64,000 bases of DNA from TPA_inf: Saccharomyces. Its lineage: Eukaryota. The stretch's first letter is position 1. Every line of letters starts with the position of its first letter. The DNA lies in the NCBI GenBank assembly GCA_000146045.2, contig BK006947.3, positions 96,001 to 160,000 on the forward strand, given 5' to 3'. A program made the translations under genes and the position numbers. Below, in pieces: positions 55,201 through 64,000 of the stretch. The notes under the pieces were generated by a model. The model ran no database searches, was not told the DNA's origin, and saw nothing but the letters and a program-made list of their open reading frames with translations.

Positions 55201-58200
55201 ATTTTCAAAGTGATATTTTCAAGGTCTTTTTGGAAGGTGATACATTAGAAGGATGTTACAGTGCTGTAGCAAGCGTATGTAACCGTTGGTTAGATGTTCT
55301 TGATTCACATGGTCTTATGTTAGAAGATGAAGACTTGGTCAGTTTGATTTGTGAAAATAGAAGTATGTCAAAAACTTTAAAGGAATATGAAGGGCAAAAA
55401 TCTACTTCTATTACGACGGCAAGGAGATTGGGGGATTTTTTGGGTGAAGATATGGTAAAAGATAAAGGTCTACAATGTAAATATATTATTAGTTCAAAAC
55501 CTTTCAATGCACCTGTTACTGAACGAGCCATTCCAGTCGCAATATTTTCAGCGGACATTCCCATCAAAAGGTCTTTTCTGAGGCGATGGACATTAGATCC
55601 ATCTTTGGAAGATCTGGATATCAGAACCATAATCGATTGGGGTTATTATAGAGAAAGACTTGGATCTGCTATACAAAAGATAATTACTATTCCAGCAGCA
55701 TTACAAGGGGTTTCCAATCCTGTTCCAAGGGTTGAACATCCAGATTGGCTAAAAAGAAAAATCGCTACAAAGGAGGATAAGTTTAAGCAGACTTCACTAA
55801 CCAAATTTTTTTCGAAGACAAAGAATGTACCAACAATGGGCAAGATAAAAGATATCGAGGATTTGTTTGAACCAACTGTAGAAGAAGATAACGCCAAAAT
55901 TAAAATTGCAAGAACTACTAAAAAGAAAGCCGTATCCAAGAGGAAAAGAAATCAGCTTACAAATGAAGAAGATCCACTAGTATTGCCCTCGGAGATTCCT
56001 TCCATGGACGAGGACTATGTTGGGTGGCTAAATTATCAAAAAATTAAATGGAAAATCCAAGCAAGAGATAGAAAGCGTCGAGACCAATTATTTGGTAATA
56101 CAAACAGCTCCCGTGAAAGAAGTGCACTAGGAAGTATGATTAGGAAGCAAGCTGAATCATATGCGAACTCCACTTGGGAGGTCTTACAATACAAGGATTC
56201 CGGTGAGCCAGGGGTTTTGGAAGTATTTGTAACAATTAATGGCAAAGTCCAGAACATCACCTTCCATATACCAAAAACTATTTATATGAAATTCAAATCT
56301 CAAACAATGCCGCTACAAAAGATTAAGAATTGCCTTATTGAAAAATCTTCTGCATCGTTACCAAATAATCCCAAAACGTCTAATCCAGCAGGCGGTCAGC
56401 TATTCAAAATTACTCTACCGGAATCTGTCTTTCTGGAAGAAAAGGAAAACTGCACTAGTATCTTCAACGATGAAAATGTACTTGGTGTATTTGAGGGCAC
56501 TATCACTCCTCATCAAAGAGCGATCATGGATTTGGGAGCTTCGGTAACGTTCCGCTCAAAAGCAATGGGTGCGTTAGGCAAGGGAATACAGCAGGGTTTT
56601 GAAATGAAGGATCTTTCAATGGCGGAAAATGAAAGGTATCTGAGTGGATTTTCAATGGACATTGGCTATTTACTACATTTCCCAACATCAATTGGGTATG
56701 AATTTTTTTCATTATTCAAGTCATGGGGAGATACTATTACTATATTAGTTTTGAAACCATCCAACCAGGCTCAGGAAATAAATGCCTCATCATTAGGACA
56801 AATATACAAACAAATGTTTGAAAAAAAGAAAGGTAAAATAGAAACATATTCTTACTTGGTTGATATTAAAGAAGATATCAATTTTGAGTTTGTATATTTT
56901 ACAGATATCTCAAAATTGTACAGAAGACTATCACAGGAAACTACTAAATTAAAAGAAGAAAGAGGTCTGCAGTTTTTACTCTTGTTACAATCTCCGTTTA
57001 TCACTAAGCTCTTAGGCACAATCCGGCTTCTAAACCAGATGCCCATTGTTAAGCTTTCCTTGAATGAAGTTCTTCTACCCCAATTGAACTGGCAACCGAC
57101 ATTATTGAAGAAACTTGTTAACCACGTTTTATCCAGTGGTTCGTGGATTTCTCACTTGATCAAGTTATCCCAGTATAGTAACATTCCAATCTGTAATTTG
57201 AGGCTGGATAGTATGGATTATATTATTGATGTTCTTTATGCAAGAAAACTAAAAAAAGAGAACATCGTGCTTTGGTGGAATGAGAAAGCTCCACTTCCAG
57301 ATCATGGAGGCATTCAAAATGATTTTGATTTAAATACATCATGGATAATGAATGATTCAGAATTTCCCAAAATTAATAACTCAGGTGTGTATGACAATGT
57401 AGTTCTCGATGTTGGTGTTGATAATTTAACAGTGAACACAATTTTGACATCAGCATTAATCAATGATGCTGAAGGCAGTGATCTAGTTAACAATAATATG
57501 GGTATAGATGACAAAGATGCCGTTATTAACTCGCCATCTGAATTCGTGCACGACGCCTTTTCTAATGACGCTTTGAATGTTTTAAGAGGTATGTTAAAGG
57601 AGTGGTGGGATGAGGCCCTAAAAGAAAATTCAACCGCAGATTTGTTGGTAAATTCCCTGGCAAGTTGGGTTCAAAACCCGAATGCGAAACTATTCGACGG
57701 ATTACTAAGATATCACGTTCATAACTTAACAAAAAAAGCCTTACTTCAATTAGTAAATGAATTTAGTGCACTTGGCTCAACTATTGTATATGCAGACAGG
57801 AATCAAATTCTAATAAAGACAAACAAGTACTCACCTGAAAACTGTTACGCCTACAGCCAATATATGATGAAGGCAGTTAGAACAAATCCAATGTTTAGTT
57901 ATCTGGACTTAAATATCAAACGTTATTGGGATCTGCTAATATGGATGGATAAGTTTAATTTTAGTGGATTAGCATGTATTGAAATAGAGGAAAAGGAAAA
58001 TCAGGATTATACCGCTGTTTCGCAATGGCAACTAAAGAAGTTTCTGTCACCAATATATCAGCCCGAATTTGAGGATTGGATGATGATCATATTGGATAGT
58101 ATGCTAAAGACAAAGCAGAGCTATCTAAAATTGAATTCAGGGACGCAAAGACCTACCCAAATAGTTAATGTAAAAAAACAAGATAAGGAAGATAGTGTTG

Positions 58201-58880
58201 AAAACTCGTTGAACGGATTTTCTCACCTTTTTTCCAAACCACTAATGAAAAGAGTCAAAAAGCTTTTTAAAAACCAGCAAGAGTTCATTTTAGATCCTCA
58301 GTATGAGGCAGACTATGTTATTCCTGTTCTTCCTGGTTCCCATCTGAATGTGAAAAATCCCCTTCTAGAACTTGTCAAATCACTCTGCCATGTCATGTTA
58401 CTTTCAAAGAGTACAATTTTAGAAATCAGGACCCTGAGAAAAGAACTGCTGAAGATATTTGAATTGCGTGAGTTTGCTAAAGTAGCGGAATTCAAAGATC
58501 CAAGTTTGAGTCTCGTGGTGCCGGATTTTTTATGTGAATACTGTTTTTTCATTTCTGATATTGACTTTTGTAAGGCAGCTCCTGAATCTATTTTTTCATG
58601 CGTCAGATGTCACAAAGCCTTTAATCAAGTATTGTTGCAAGAACACCTGATTCAAAAACTACGTTCTGATATCGAATCCTATTTAATTCAAGATTTGAGA
58701 TGCTCCAGATGTCATAAAGTGAAACGTGACTATATGAGTGCCCACTGTCCATGTGCCGGCGCGTGGGAAGGAACTCTCCCCAGAGAAAGCATTGTTCAAA
58801 AGTTAAATGTGTTTAAGCAAGTAGCCAAGTATTACGGTTTTGATATATTATTGAGTTGTATTGCTGATTTGACCATATGA
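52212..58880 (+). CDS. POL2: DNA polymerase epsilon catalytic subunit (2222 aa)
   Basis: Exonuclease motif I FDIETTK, polymerase motif C LELDTDGIW, and two C-terminal Cys clusters (CEYCFFISDIDFC...CVRCHKAF and CSRCHKV...CPCAG). Confidence 0.95.
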   Translation: MMFGKKKNNGGSSTARYSAGNKYNTLSNNYALSAQQLLNASKIDDIDSMMGFERYVPPQYNGRFDAKDIDQIPGRVGWLTNMHATLVSQETLSSGSNGGGNSNDGERVTTNQGISGVDFYFLDEEGGSFKSTVVYDPYFFIACNDESRVNDVEELVKKYLESCLKSLQIIRKEDLTMDNHLLGLQKTLIKLSFVNSNQLFEARKLLRPILQDNANNNVQRNIYNVAANGSEKVDAKHLIEDIREYDVPYHVRVSIDKDIRVGKWYKVTQQGFIEDTRKIAFADPVVMAFDIETTKPPLKFPDSAVDQIMMISYMIDGEGFLITNREIISEDIEDFEYTPKPEYPGFFTIFNENDEVALLQRFFEHIRDVRPTVISTFNGDFFDWPFIHNRSKIHGLDMFDEIGFAPDAEGEYKSSYCSHMDCFRWVKRDSYLPQGSQGLKAVTQSKLGYNPIELDPELMTPYAFEKPQHLSEYSVSDAVATYYLYMKYVHPFIFSLCTIIPLNPDETLRKGTGTLCEMLLMVQAYQHNILLPNKHTDPIERFYDGHLLESETYVGGHVESLEAGVFRSDLKNEFKIDPSAIDELLQELPEALKFSVEVENKSSVDKVTNFEEIKNQITQKLLELKENNIRNELPLIYHVDVASMYPNIMTTNRLQPDSIKAERDCASCDFNRPGKTCARKLKWAWRGEFFPSKMDEYNMIKRALQNETFPNKNKFSKKKVLTFDELSYADQVIHIKKRLTEYSRKVYHRVKVSEIVEREAIVCQRENPFYVDTVKSFRDRRYEFKGLAKTWKGNLSKIDPSDKHARDEAKKMIVLYDSLQLAHKVILNSFYGYVMRKGSRWYSMEMAGITCLTGATIIQMARALVERVGRPLELDTDGIWCILPKSFPETYFFTLENGKKLYLSYPCSMLNYRVHQKFTNHQYQELKDPLNYIYETHSENTIFFEVDGPYKAMILPSSKEEGKGIKKRYAVFNEDGSLAELKGFELKRRGELQLIKNFQSDIFKVFLEGDTLEGCYSAVASVCNRWLDVLDSHGLMLEDEDLVSLICENRSMSKTLKEYEGQKSTSITTARRLGDFLGEDMVKDKGLQCKYIISSKPFNAPVTERAIPVAIFSADIPIKRSFLRRWTLDPSLEDLDIRTIIDWGYYRERLGSAIQKIITIPAALQGVSNPVPRVEHPDWLKRKIATKEDKFKQTSLTKFFSKTKNVPTMGKIKDIEDLFEPTVEEDNAKIKIARTTKKKAVSKRKRNQLTNEEDPLVLPSEIPSMDEDYVGWLNYQKIKWKIQARDRKRRDQLFGNTNSSRERSALGSMIRKQAESYANSTWEVLQYKDSGEPGVLEVFVTINGKVQNITFHIPKTIYMKFKSQTMPLQKIKNCLIEKSSASLPNNPKTSNPAGGQLFKITLPESVFLEEKENCTSIFNDENVLGVFEGTITPHQRAIMDLGASVTFRSKAMGALGKGIQQGFEMKDLSMAENERYLSGFSMDIGYLLHFPTSIGYEFFSLFKSWGDTITILVLKPSNQAQEINASSLGQIYKQMFEKKKGKIETYSYLVDIKEDINFEFVYFTDISKLYRRLSQETTKLKEERGLQFLLLLQSPFITKLLGTIRLLNQMPIVKLSLNEVLLPQLNWQPTLLKKLVNHVLSSGSWISHLIKLSQYSNIPICNLRLDSMDYIIDVLYARKLKKENIVLWWNEKAPLPDHGGIQNDFDLNTSWIMNDSEFPKINNSGVYDNVVLDVGVDNLTVNTILTSALINDAEGSDLVNNNMGIDDKDAVINSPSEFVHDAFSNDALNVLRGMLKEWWDEALKENSTADLLVNSLASWVQNPNAKLFDGLLRYHVHNLTKKALLQLVNEFSALGSTIVYADRNQILIKTNKYSPENCYAYSQYMMKAVRTNPMFSYLDLNIKRYWDLLIWMDKFNFSGLACIEIEEKENQDYTAVSQWQLKKFLSPIYQPEFEDWMMIILDSMLKTKQSYLKLNSGTQRPTQIVNVKKQDKEDSVENSLNGFSHLFSKPLMKRVKKLFKNQQEFILDPQYEADYVIPVLPGSHLNVKNPLLELVKSLCHVMLLSKSTILEIRTLRKELLKIFELREFAKVAEFKDPSLSLVVPDFLCEYCFFISDIDFCKAAPESIFSCVRCHKAFNQVLLQEHLIQKLRSDIESYLIQDLRCSRCHKVKRDYMSAHCPCAGAWEGTLPRESIVQKLNVFKQVAKYYGFDILLSCIADLTI

Positions 58881-58923
58881 GTAAGCAGTATATAACGCGA
58901 GGTTCAATGGCCTCTTTACCATG

Positions 58924-58948
58924 AAAAAAAAAAAAAAAAAAAAAAAAA
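58924..58948. repeat. Uninterrupted A25 homopolymer (poly(dA:dT) tract) in the POL2 3' flank / ORC5 promoter
   Basis: 25 consecutive A residues, 40 bp after the POL2 stop. Confidence 0.95.
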
Positions 58949-59099
58949 GGTAAGGAAAAAGAGTATTTTCAATTCGTTTCTGAACATATAAATATAAATA
59001 ACCGAAAAATTAGCCCTTGAACATAATTAACACTCTTCTTTGATATTTAAATCACAAGTACTTTTCTTTTATTTTCTTCTTAATACTTTTGGAAATAAA

Positions 59100-60539
59100 A
59101 TGAATGTGACCACTCCGGAAGTTGCTTTTAGGGAATATCAAACCAACTGTCTCGCATCGTATATTTCTGCTGATCCAGACATAACTCCTTCAAATTTAAT
59201 CTTGCAAGGTTATAGTGGAACAGGAAAAACCTACACTTTGAAGAAGTATTTTAATGCGAATCCAAATTTGCATGCAGTATGGCTGGAACCTGTTGAGTTG
59301 GTTTCTTGGAAGCCCTTACTGCAGGCGATAGCACGTACTGTACAATATAAATTGAAAACCCTATATCCAAACATTCCCACCACAGATTACGATCCTTTAC
59401 AGGTTGAAGAGCCATTTCTTTTGGTAAAGACGTTGCACAATATTTTTGTCCAATATGAATCTTTGCAAGAAAAGACTTGCTTGTTCTTGATATTGGATGG
59501 TTTCGATAGTTTACAAGATTTAGACGCCGCACTGTTTAACAAATATATCAAACTAAATGAATTACTTCCAAAAGATTCTAAAATTAATATAAAATTCATT
59601 TACACGATGTTAGAGACATCATTTTTGCAAAGATATTCTACACATTGCATTCCAACTGTTATGTTTCCGAGGTATAATGTGGACGAAGTTTCTACTATAT
59701 TAGTGATGTCTAGATGTGGCGAACTCATGGAAGATTCTTGTCTACGTAAGCGTATCATTGAAGAGCAGATAACGGACTGTACAGACGATCAATTTCAAAA
59801 TGTAGCTGCGAACTTCATTCACTTAATTGTGCAGGCTTTTCATTCTTATACTGGAAACGACATATTCGCATTGAATGACTTGATAGACTTCAAATGGCCC
59901 AAGTATGTATCTCGCATTACTAAGGAAAACATATTTGAACCACTGGCTCTTTACAAAAGTGCCATCAAACTATTTTTAAGCACAGATGATAATTTAAGTG
60001 AAAATGGACAAGGTGAAAGCGCGATAACCACAAATCGTGATGACCTTGAGAACAGTCAAACTTACGACTTATCAATAATTTCGAAGTATCTGCTCATAGC
60101 CTCATATATTTGTTCATATCTGGAACCTAGATACGATGCGAGTATTTTCTCTAGGAAAACACGTATCATACAAGGTAGAGCTGCTTATGGACGAAGAAAG
60201 AAGAAAGAAGTTAACCCTAGATATTTACAGCCTTCTTTATTTGCTATTGAAAGACTTTTGGCTATTTTCCAAGCTATATTCCCTATTCAAGGTAAGGCGG
60301 AGAGTGGTTCCCTATCTGCACTTCGTGAGGAATCCTTAATGAAAGCGAATATCGAGGTTTTTCAAAATTTATCCGAATTGCATACATTGAAATTAATAGC
60401 TACAACCATGAACAAGAATATCGACTATTTGAGTCCTAAAGTCAGGTGGAAAGTAAACGTTCCCTGGGAAATTATTAAAGAAATATCAGAATCTGTTCAT
60501 TTCAATATCAGCGATTACTTCAGCGATATTCACGAATGA
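59100..60539 (+). CDS. ORC5: Origin recognition complex subunit 5 (479 aa)
   Basis: Walker A motif GYSGTGKTY near the N-terminus. The start is taken at MNVTTPEVAF, 20 codons inside the ORF-track entry. Confidence 0.85.
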   Translation: MNVTTPEVAFREYQTNCLASYISADPDITPSNLILQGYSGTGKTYTLKKYFNANPNLHAVWLEPVELVSWKPLLQAIARTVQYKLKTLYPNIPTTDYDPLQVEEPFLLVKTLHNIFVQYESLQEKTCLFLILDGFDSLQDLDAALFNKYIKLNELLPKDSKINIKFIYTMLETSFLQRYSTHCIPTVMFPRYNVDEVSTILVMSRCGELMEDSCLRKRIIEEQITDCTDDQFQNVAANFIHLIVQAFHSYTGNDIFALNDLIDFKWPKYVSRITKENIFEPLALYKSAIKLFLSTDDNLSENGQGESAITTNRDDLENSQTYDLSIISKYLLIASYICSYLEPRYDASIFSRKTRIIQGRAAYGRRKKKEVNPRYLQPSLFAIERLLAIFQAIFPIQGKAESGSLSALREESLMKANIEVFQNLSELHTLKLIATTMNKNIDYLSPKVRWKVNVPWEIIKEISESVHFNISDYFSDIHE

Positions 60540-60858
60540 TTATCTCCCTGGAAGGTATCCAGAGGGCAGGATACGTTCGAAACAACAACTACGTTATATA
60601 AATATTTATACATAGTGGGATAGAATGAACAATTATCAAGTAAACCTTGTATTTTTTGTTCCCACGCTCTACGCTCTGTTTCTTGGATATGGTAATCAAA
60701 GATTAATACGTATAACCGTTATTAATTCAGTCCACTAGAAACTATTAAAAGCGCCCTACTGTATGGAAAAACAATGAATGAGGAGACTGAACGGCGCAAA
60801 ATTGTTAGTTTAGTTGCTCTTTTTGGCGGCCGGCGATAATGTTCTTCACTTGGTATTC

Positions 60859-61455
60859 TTACCAGGATTGAGCCTGATTTTGTTTTGTCTTATTCTTTGC
60901 GATGTCTTCATTTTCTACAAAACCTCTAATTTCTCCGGCAATGGCCCTTGAAACGTCTTCAAAGACTTCAAATGTCACGGTGGGGGTTCTTTTATCTTTA
61001 ACTAATCGATGAAGAGTTATTAGAATGGTTCTAAACTTATTTTTCAATTTTATTAACACCCTCTCAAATTCCATCACACTTTCATCATCGTTATTCATTT
61101 TCAAACCTTTCATTAAAGTACGAATGGTATGTATATTCTTTTCTAGTGTTGGACTATGCAATCCATACGATTCTATAACATCACACAAACCTTCCATTTG
61201 TCCCAGGAGCGTAAATCTTTGGAATCCCACTTGTAAACCATACTGTTTACCTTCTAGAAAGCTCTGCTTTATATTCTCATTCTGGCCCTCCAGAAAACCT
61301 TCTTGGTAATACTGTTCTTCTAGGTTTAGTAAATTATCAAAATCCATTTTTATTTGTCCAGTGATCTTTACTTTCCATTTACTCTTCAAATATGATAAGT
61401 GATTTGATTTAAACAAGTTTTTTTTCATTTTTCTTATAAAACGATTTCTCACCAT
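60859..61455 (-). CDS. LTO1: Yae1/Lto1-family protein with a deca-GX3 motif (198 aa)
   Basis: The region MDFDNLLNLEEQYYQEGFLEGQNENIKQSFLEGKQYGLQVGFQRF is the GX3 repeat of the Yae1_N family. The start is assumed at MVRNRF... to give 198 aa. A shorter start at MDFDNLL cannot be excluded from sequence alone. Confidence 0.6.
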   Translation of the reverse strand: MVRNRFIRKMKKNLFKSNHLSYLKSKWKVKITGQIKMDFDNLLNLEEQYYQEGFLEGQNENIKQSFLEGKQYGLQVGFQRFTLLGQMEGLCDVIESYGLHSPTLEKNIHTIRTLMKGLKMNNDDESVMEFERVLIKLKNKFRTILITLHRLVKDKRTPTVTFEVFEDVSRAIAGEIRGFVENEDIAKNKTKQNQAQSW

Positions 61456-61643
61456 GATTGAGATTTTTATATTAGTAAGATTATACTGAAAAGGCAAATG
61501 GCTACATAGCCAACAAAGAATAAAACAATAAAACAATAAAAAAAGACTTTTTTCTTCGTAAGCATCCTATTGAGAATATTAATCATTTACTTAAGTAGCT
61601 ACAATACAAAATAGAGTAAAAAACTATTTCTCTTCACTTTCAT

Positions 61644-61865
61644 TCACAATTGTTTGCCAGATCTAACTTCCTTTCCGGTTTTCTTAATCTTTTCTAAAAT
61701 AAAATCGTAAGGAAGTGTAGTATATACATCTACTAATTGCTTTTCAAGGGATATATCTATTTTGGAAACGTCTGGTTCTAATTTCGTCAAAACTTTATTG
61801 ACTGCACCAGAACATCCCGAGCAGGTCATGACGACATTGAATTGATAATGTTTTATCTCTGCCAT
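61644..61865 (-). CDS. ATX1: Cytosolic copper metallochaperone (73 aa)
   Basis: MTCSGCS copper-binding motif (MxCxxC) in a ferredoxin-like fold. This is an exact Atx1-type sequence. Confidence 0.9.
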   Translation of the reverse strand: MAEIKHYQFNVVMTCSGCSGAVNKVLTKLEPDVSKIDISLEKQLVDVYTTLPYDFILEKIKKTGKEVRSGKQL

Positions 61866-62108
61866 CTTTTGCGCTAGTTCTCTCTTGTGTCGTTGGAAAT
61901 CTCATCCTGCAATGTTTTAAGATGATTCAAGTCATTTAAGAAGCTCAAAAATGCACTACAAGATGTGCCAACTTTGCACCCCCAAAAAAAACTACCGCAT
62001 CACGTGAAATTTATTAGAAAACTGAAAAAAAGACAACTTACGCATACGTAATACAAGATGTACATCTATTGCAATGATCATGTAACCTATCCTACGATTA
62101 ATTATTTT

Positions 62109-64000
62109 TTAATCATCTAGAGCAGTGCCTCTAATTTCGTAAATATCATCAATGGCATTCCTTCGCAGGGGAGTGTCGGCAAACAATAACTCTATCCATT
62201 GGATTAGTTCGTCTGTCGCAAAAAGATAAAAATCCCCATTGTAAAACATCTCCATAATCTCCTTTAAATGTAATGGTAGAAACTTGCCCATAGTGGCGAA
62301 TTTTTCTCTCATCTTTTTGTAACTTGGTTCCTTCGCTAATAATTGTATATCGGTGTTGTTCACTAATAAAGATACGAGCTCACCCAAATTTTCGGAATTG
62401 ACCTCAGAGATAATCTGCCATTTTAATATTTCCTTTGTCACGCAATCGTTATATAAAAAGTTTAAGAAAGACAACAAGTAACGGGAACCTTCTTCACCTC
62501 TTATTTTCTGCAGTGGACGAACAATTTCCTTCAAGATATAAGGTAGCAGTTTCTCAATGGTGGCGTCCCACGATGGATTTCTCTCGTTCTCACGAAATTC
62601 GGTCAATTGATGCCTGATTAGTTGACAGACAATACGATATTTCATGTTCAGTTTAGTTTCCAGCAGGTTCCTTGTTAATTCTTTTATTCTATACAGCTTT
62701 TCATCTCGTTCTATTAGATATCTCATATCCACATATAATTGGCACCAATTGTGAGAAAAATTAGCTGTGCACATGGCCATATACGATGTCTGCAAAAGGT
62801 TGTATTTGTACGCAAAGTATTGCTCATCAACATGGCTATCTGCAAAGCTACTCTTGAAATTCTGTGAAATTGCCAAGAACAATTTTGGTAACTGTGTAAC
62901 TTCAATGTGGTCTTTATCAAGTGATCCTACATCATGAGCTTTTAAATGTTCCTTTCCATTTTCTAGGGAAGCATCATCTATATTTTCGTCAATTGCCCAG
63001 GCTTCATCCCAGGCATTTTCTTCTTCTTCTGGTTCTTTTTCCTTCTCTTGATTTGTTTTTTCTTCCTCGTCGTCAATATTTACATCAATTTCATCACCCC
63101 ATGCATCGGCATCATCATCCTCTACTTCCCAATTCCAATCATCATCTTTGGATACGGCATTATGGAGTTCTTTTTCGTTCTGTACATCTGAATCATTTTT
63201 TCCAATTTTTTCGCTCATCGTATTAGTATTGCTAGTAGTGAGCTCAACTACTTCCAAATTTTGCCAGCTCTTTTTTGGATCTTCAAATATACTTCTTATC
63301 TCACTAATATGCGATTCAAGAACTTTATCTAGTAATAAATTGTAGTATAATTGTTTGTTCATTAACAAATCCTGAATCTCTTTACCGGAATGTGTCCAAT
63401 TGGTAACTTCTGATTTGGCAACTAGTCTAGTTAGTTTGTTATTTATGACAGAAACTAGATTTTTTAGCGGTGAATCAAGTGATTCTAAAATTATCGATGC
63501 ATTATTTTTCACAAATTTGGTAAACTCCGTATTGAACAAGGGACCTAGCTCATAACTTAAGGTCTTTCTGTCTCTAAAGGCTAATCCGTCTAACATGAAA
63601 TCGCATACTGCTTCAAAACTTGTTAATACAGTAGACACACAATGTTGGCCATGCGAAGAGGATTTAGAAAAGACAAGTATGTTTTTTTCGTTTTCATATG
63701 AGATTTCTTTACCAGATATAAAAATAGAATTTTTGATCATGCTTACAATCCTGGAAAGGTTCATATACTCCTTCATGATTGTATTCAATTTTGCTCTTAC
63801 CTGCTCTTGAGAGTCGGCACTGGTCATATCTAAAATGAACCAAGCTTGATTGTCCAAACTACCCTTAGGAAAATACTGTTGGGCCACAAAATCCATAAAT
63901 GTATCATACTCAATATGAACCTTGTCTTTACCCCATTCCACTGTGGGCGTAAATTGGATGCTATTCTCGGTAATCTTCCAAAATCCATTAGTAAGAATTT
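62109..64000 (-). CDS. DSL1: ER tethering complex subunit (Dsl1), 3' part only. The gene continues beyond the window end.
   Basis: The reading frame stays open from 62109 to the window edge (...ILTNGFWKITENSIQFTPTVEWGKD...). The ORF-track Met at 63941 is a GTG codon and not the true start. There is an acidic DE-rich central region. Confidence 0.7.
   Translation of the reverse strand, partial: ILTNGFWKITENSIQFTPTVEWGKDKVHIEYDTFMDFVAQQYFPKGSLDNQAWFILDMTSADSQEQVRAKLNTIMKEYMNLSRIVSMIKNSIFISGKEISYENEKNILVFSKSSSHGQHCVSTVLTSFEAVCDFMLDGLAFRDRKTLSYELGPLFNTEFTKFVKNNASIILESLDSPLKNLVSVINNKLTRLVAKSEVTNWTHSGKEIQDLLMNKQLYYNLLLDKVLESHISEIRSIFEDPKKSWQNLEVVELTTSNTNTMSEKIGKNDSDVQNEKELHNAVSKDDDWNWEVEDDDADAWGDEIDVNIDDEEEKTNQEKEKEPEEEENAWDEAWAIDENIDDASLENGKEHLKAHDVGSLDKDHIEVTQLPKLFLAISQNFKSSFADSHVDEQYFAYKYNLLQTSYMAMCTANFSHNWCQLYVDMRYLIERDEKLYRIKELTRNLLETKLNMKYRIVCQLIRHQLTEFRENERNPSWDATIEKLLPYILKEIVRPLQKIRGEEGSRYLLSFLNFLYNDCVTKEILKWQIISEVNSENLGELVSLLVNNTDIQLLAKEPSYKKMREKFATMGKFLPLHLKEIMEMFYNGDFYLFATDELIQWIELLFADTPLRRNAIDDIYEIRGTALDD

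Noticed and set aside
53038-58552. Numerous 60-124 aa minus-strand ORFs within POL2
   Set aside because: Antisense to a 6.7-kb well-supported gene. Lengths are typical of random open frames in AT-rich coding DNA.
63941-63941. Apparent Met start of the last minus-strand ORF (MEWGKD...)
   Set aside because: The codon is GTG and the frame remains open to the window edge. The gene (DSL1) is simply truncated, so there is no real start here.

Overview
This window is Saccharomyces cerevisiae nuclear DNA. Gene order, ORF lengths and the protein sequences I recognise all match the left arm of chromosome XIV, roughly YNL286W/YNL285W through YNL258C. About 25 well-known protein-coding genes tile the window in compact yeast fashion: MRPL10, WSC2, POP3, HCH1, ERG24, PRM1, CAF120, MET2, BOR1, GOR1, TOF1, SEC2, BNI1, ALP1, BSC4, LYP1, PIK1, IST1, PDR17, YIF1, POL2, ORC5, LTO1, ATX1 and a truncated DSL1. 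The first about 9 kb is a classic Pol III-gene retrotransposon hotspot. It holds three tRNA genes: Gly-UCC (minus strand), Asn-GUU and Thr-AGU. Between tRNA-Gly and tRNA-Asn sits a structurally complete 5.9 kb Ty1 element with identical LTRs, a GTGTT target-site duplication, a primer-binding site and polypurine tract, the +1 frameshift heptamer and intact TYA/TYB. Remnants of older LTRs surround it: a sigma fragment about 16 bp upstream of tRNA-Asn, a delta stub, a Ty2-like delta tail upstream of tRNA-Thr, and a possible LTR stub next to tRNA-Gly. The most interesting loci are BSC4 and IST1. BSC4 is a 131-codon, domain-less ORF in the ALP1/LYP1 divergent promoter. Its UGA stop is followed by a leaky CAA-CUA context and a roughly 106-codon in-frame extension. 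IST1 has a canonical intron that the ORF track missed. Readable promoter elements include three PREs upstream of PRM1, CACGTGA sites upstream of MET2, and MCB elements upstream of TOF1 and POL2. I see no evidence of an undescribed multi-gene system. Gene names come from my memory of the yeast proteome and were not checked against a database here.
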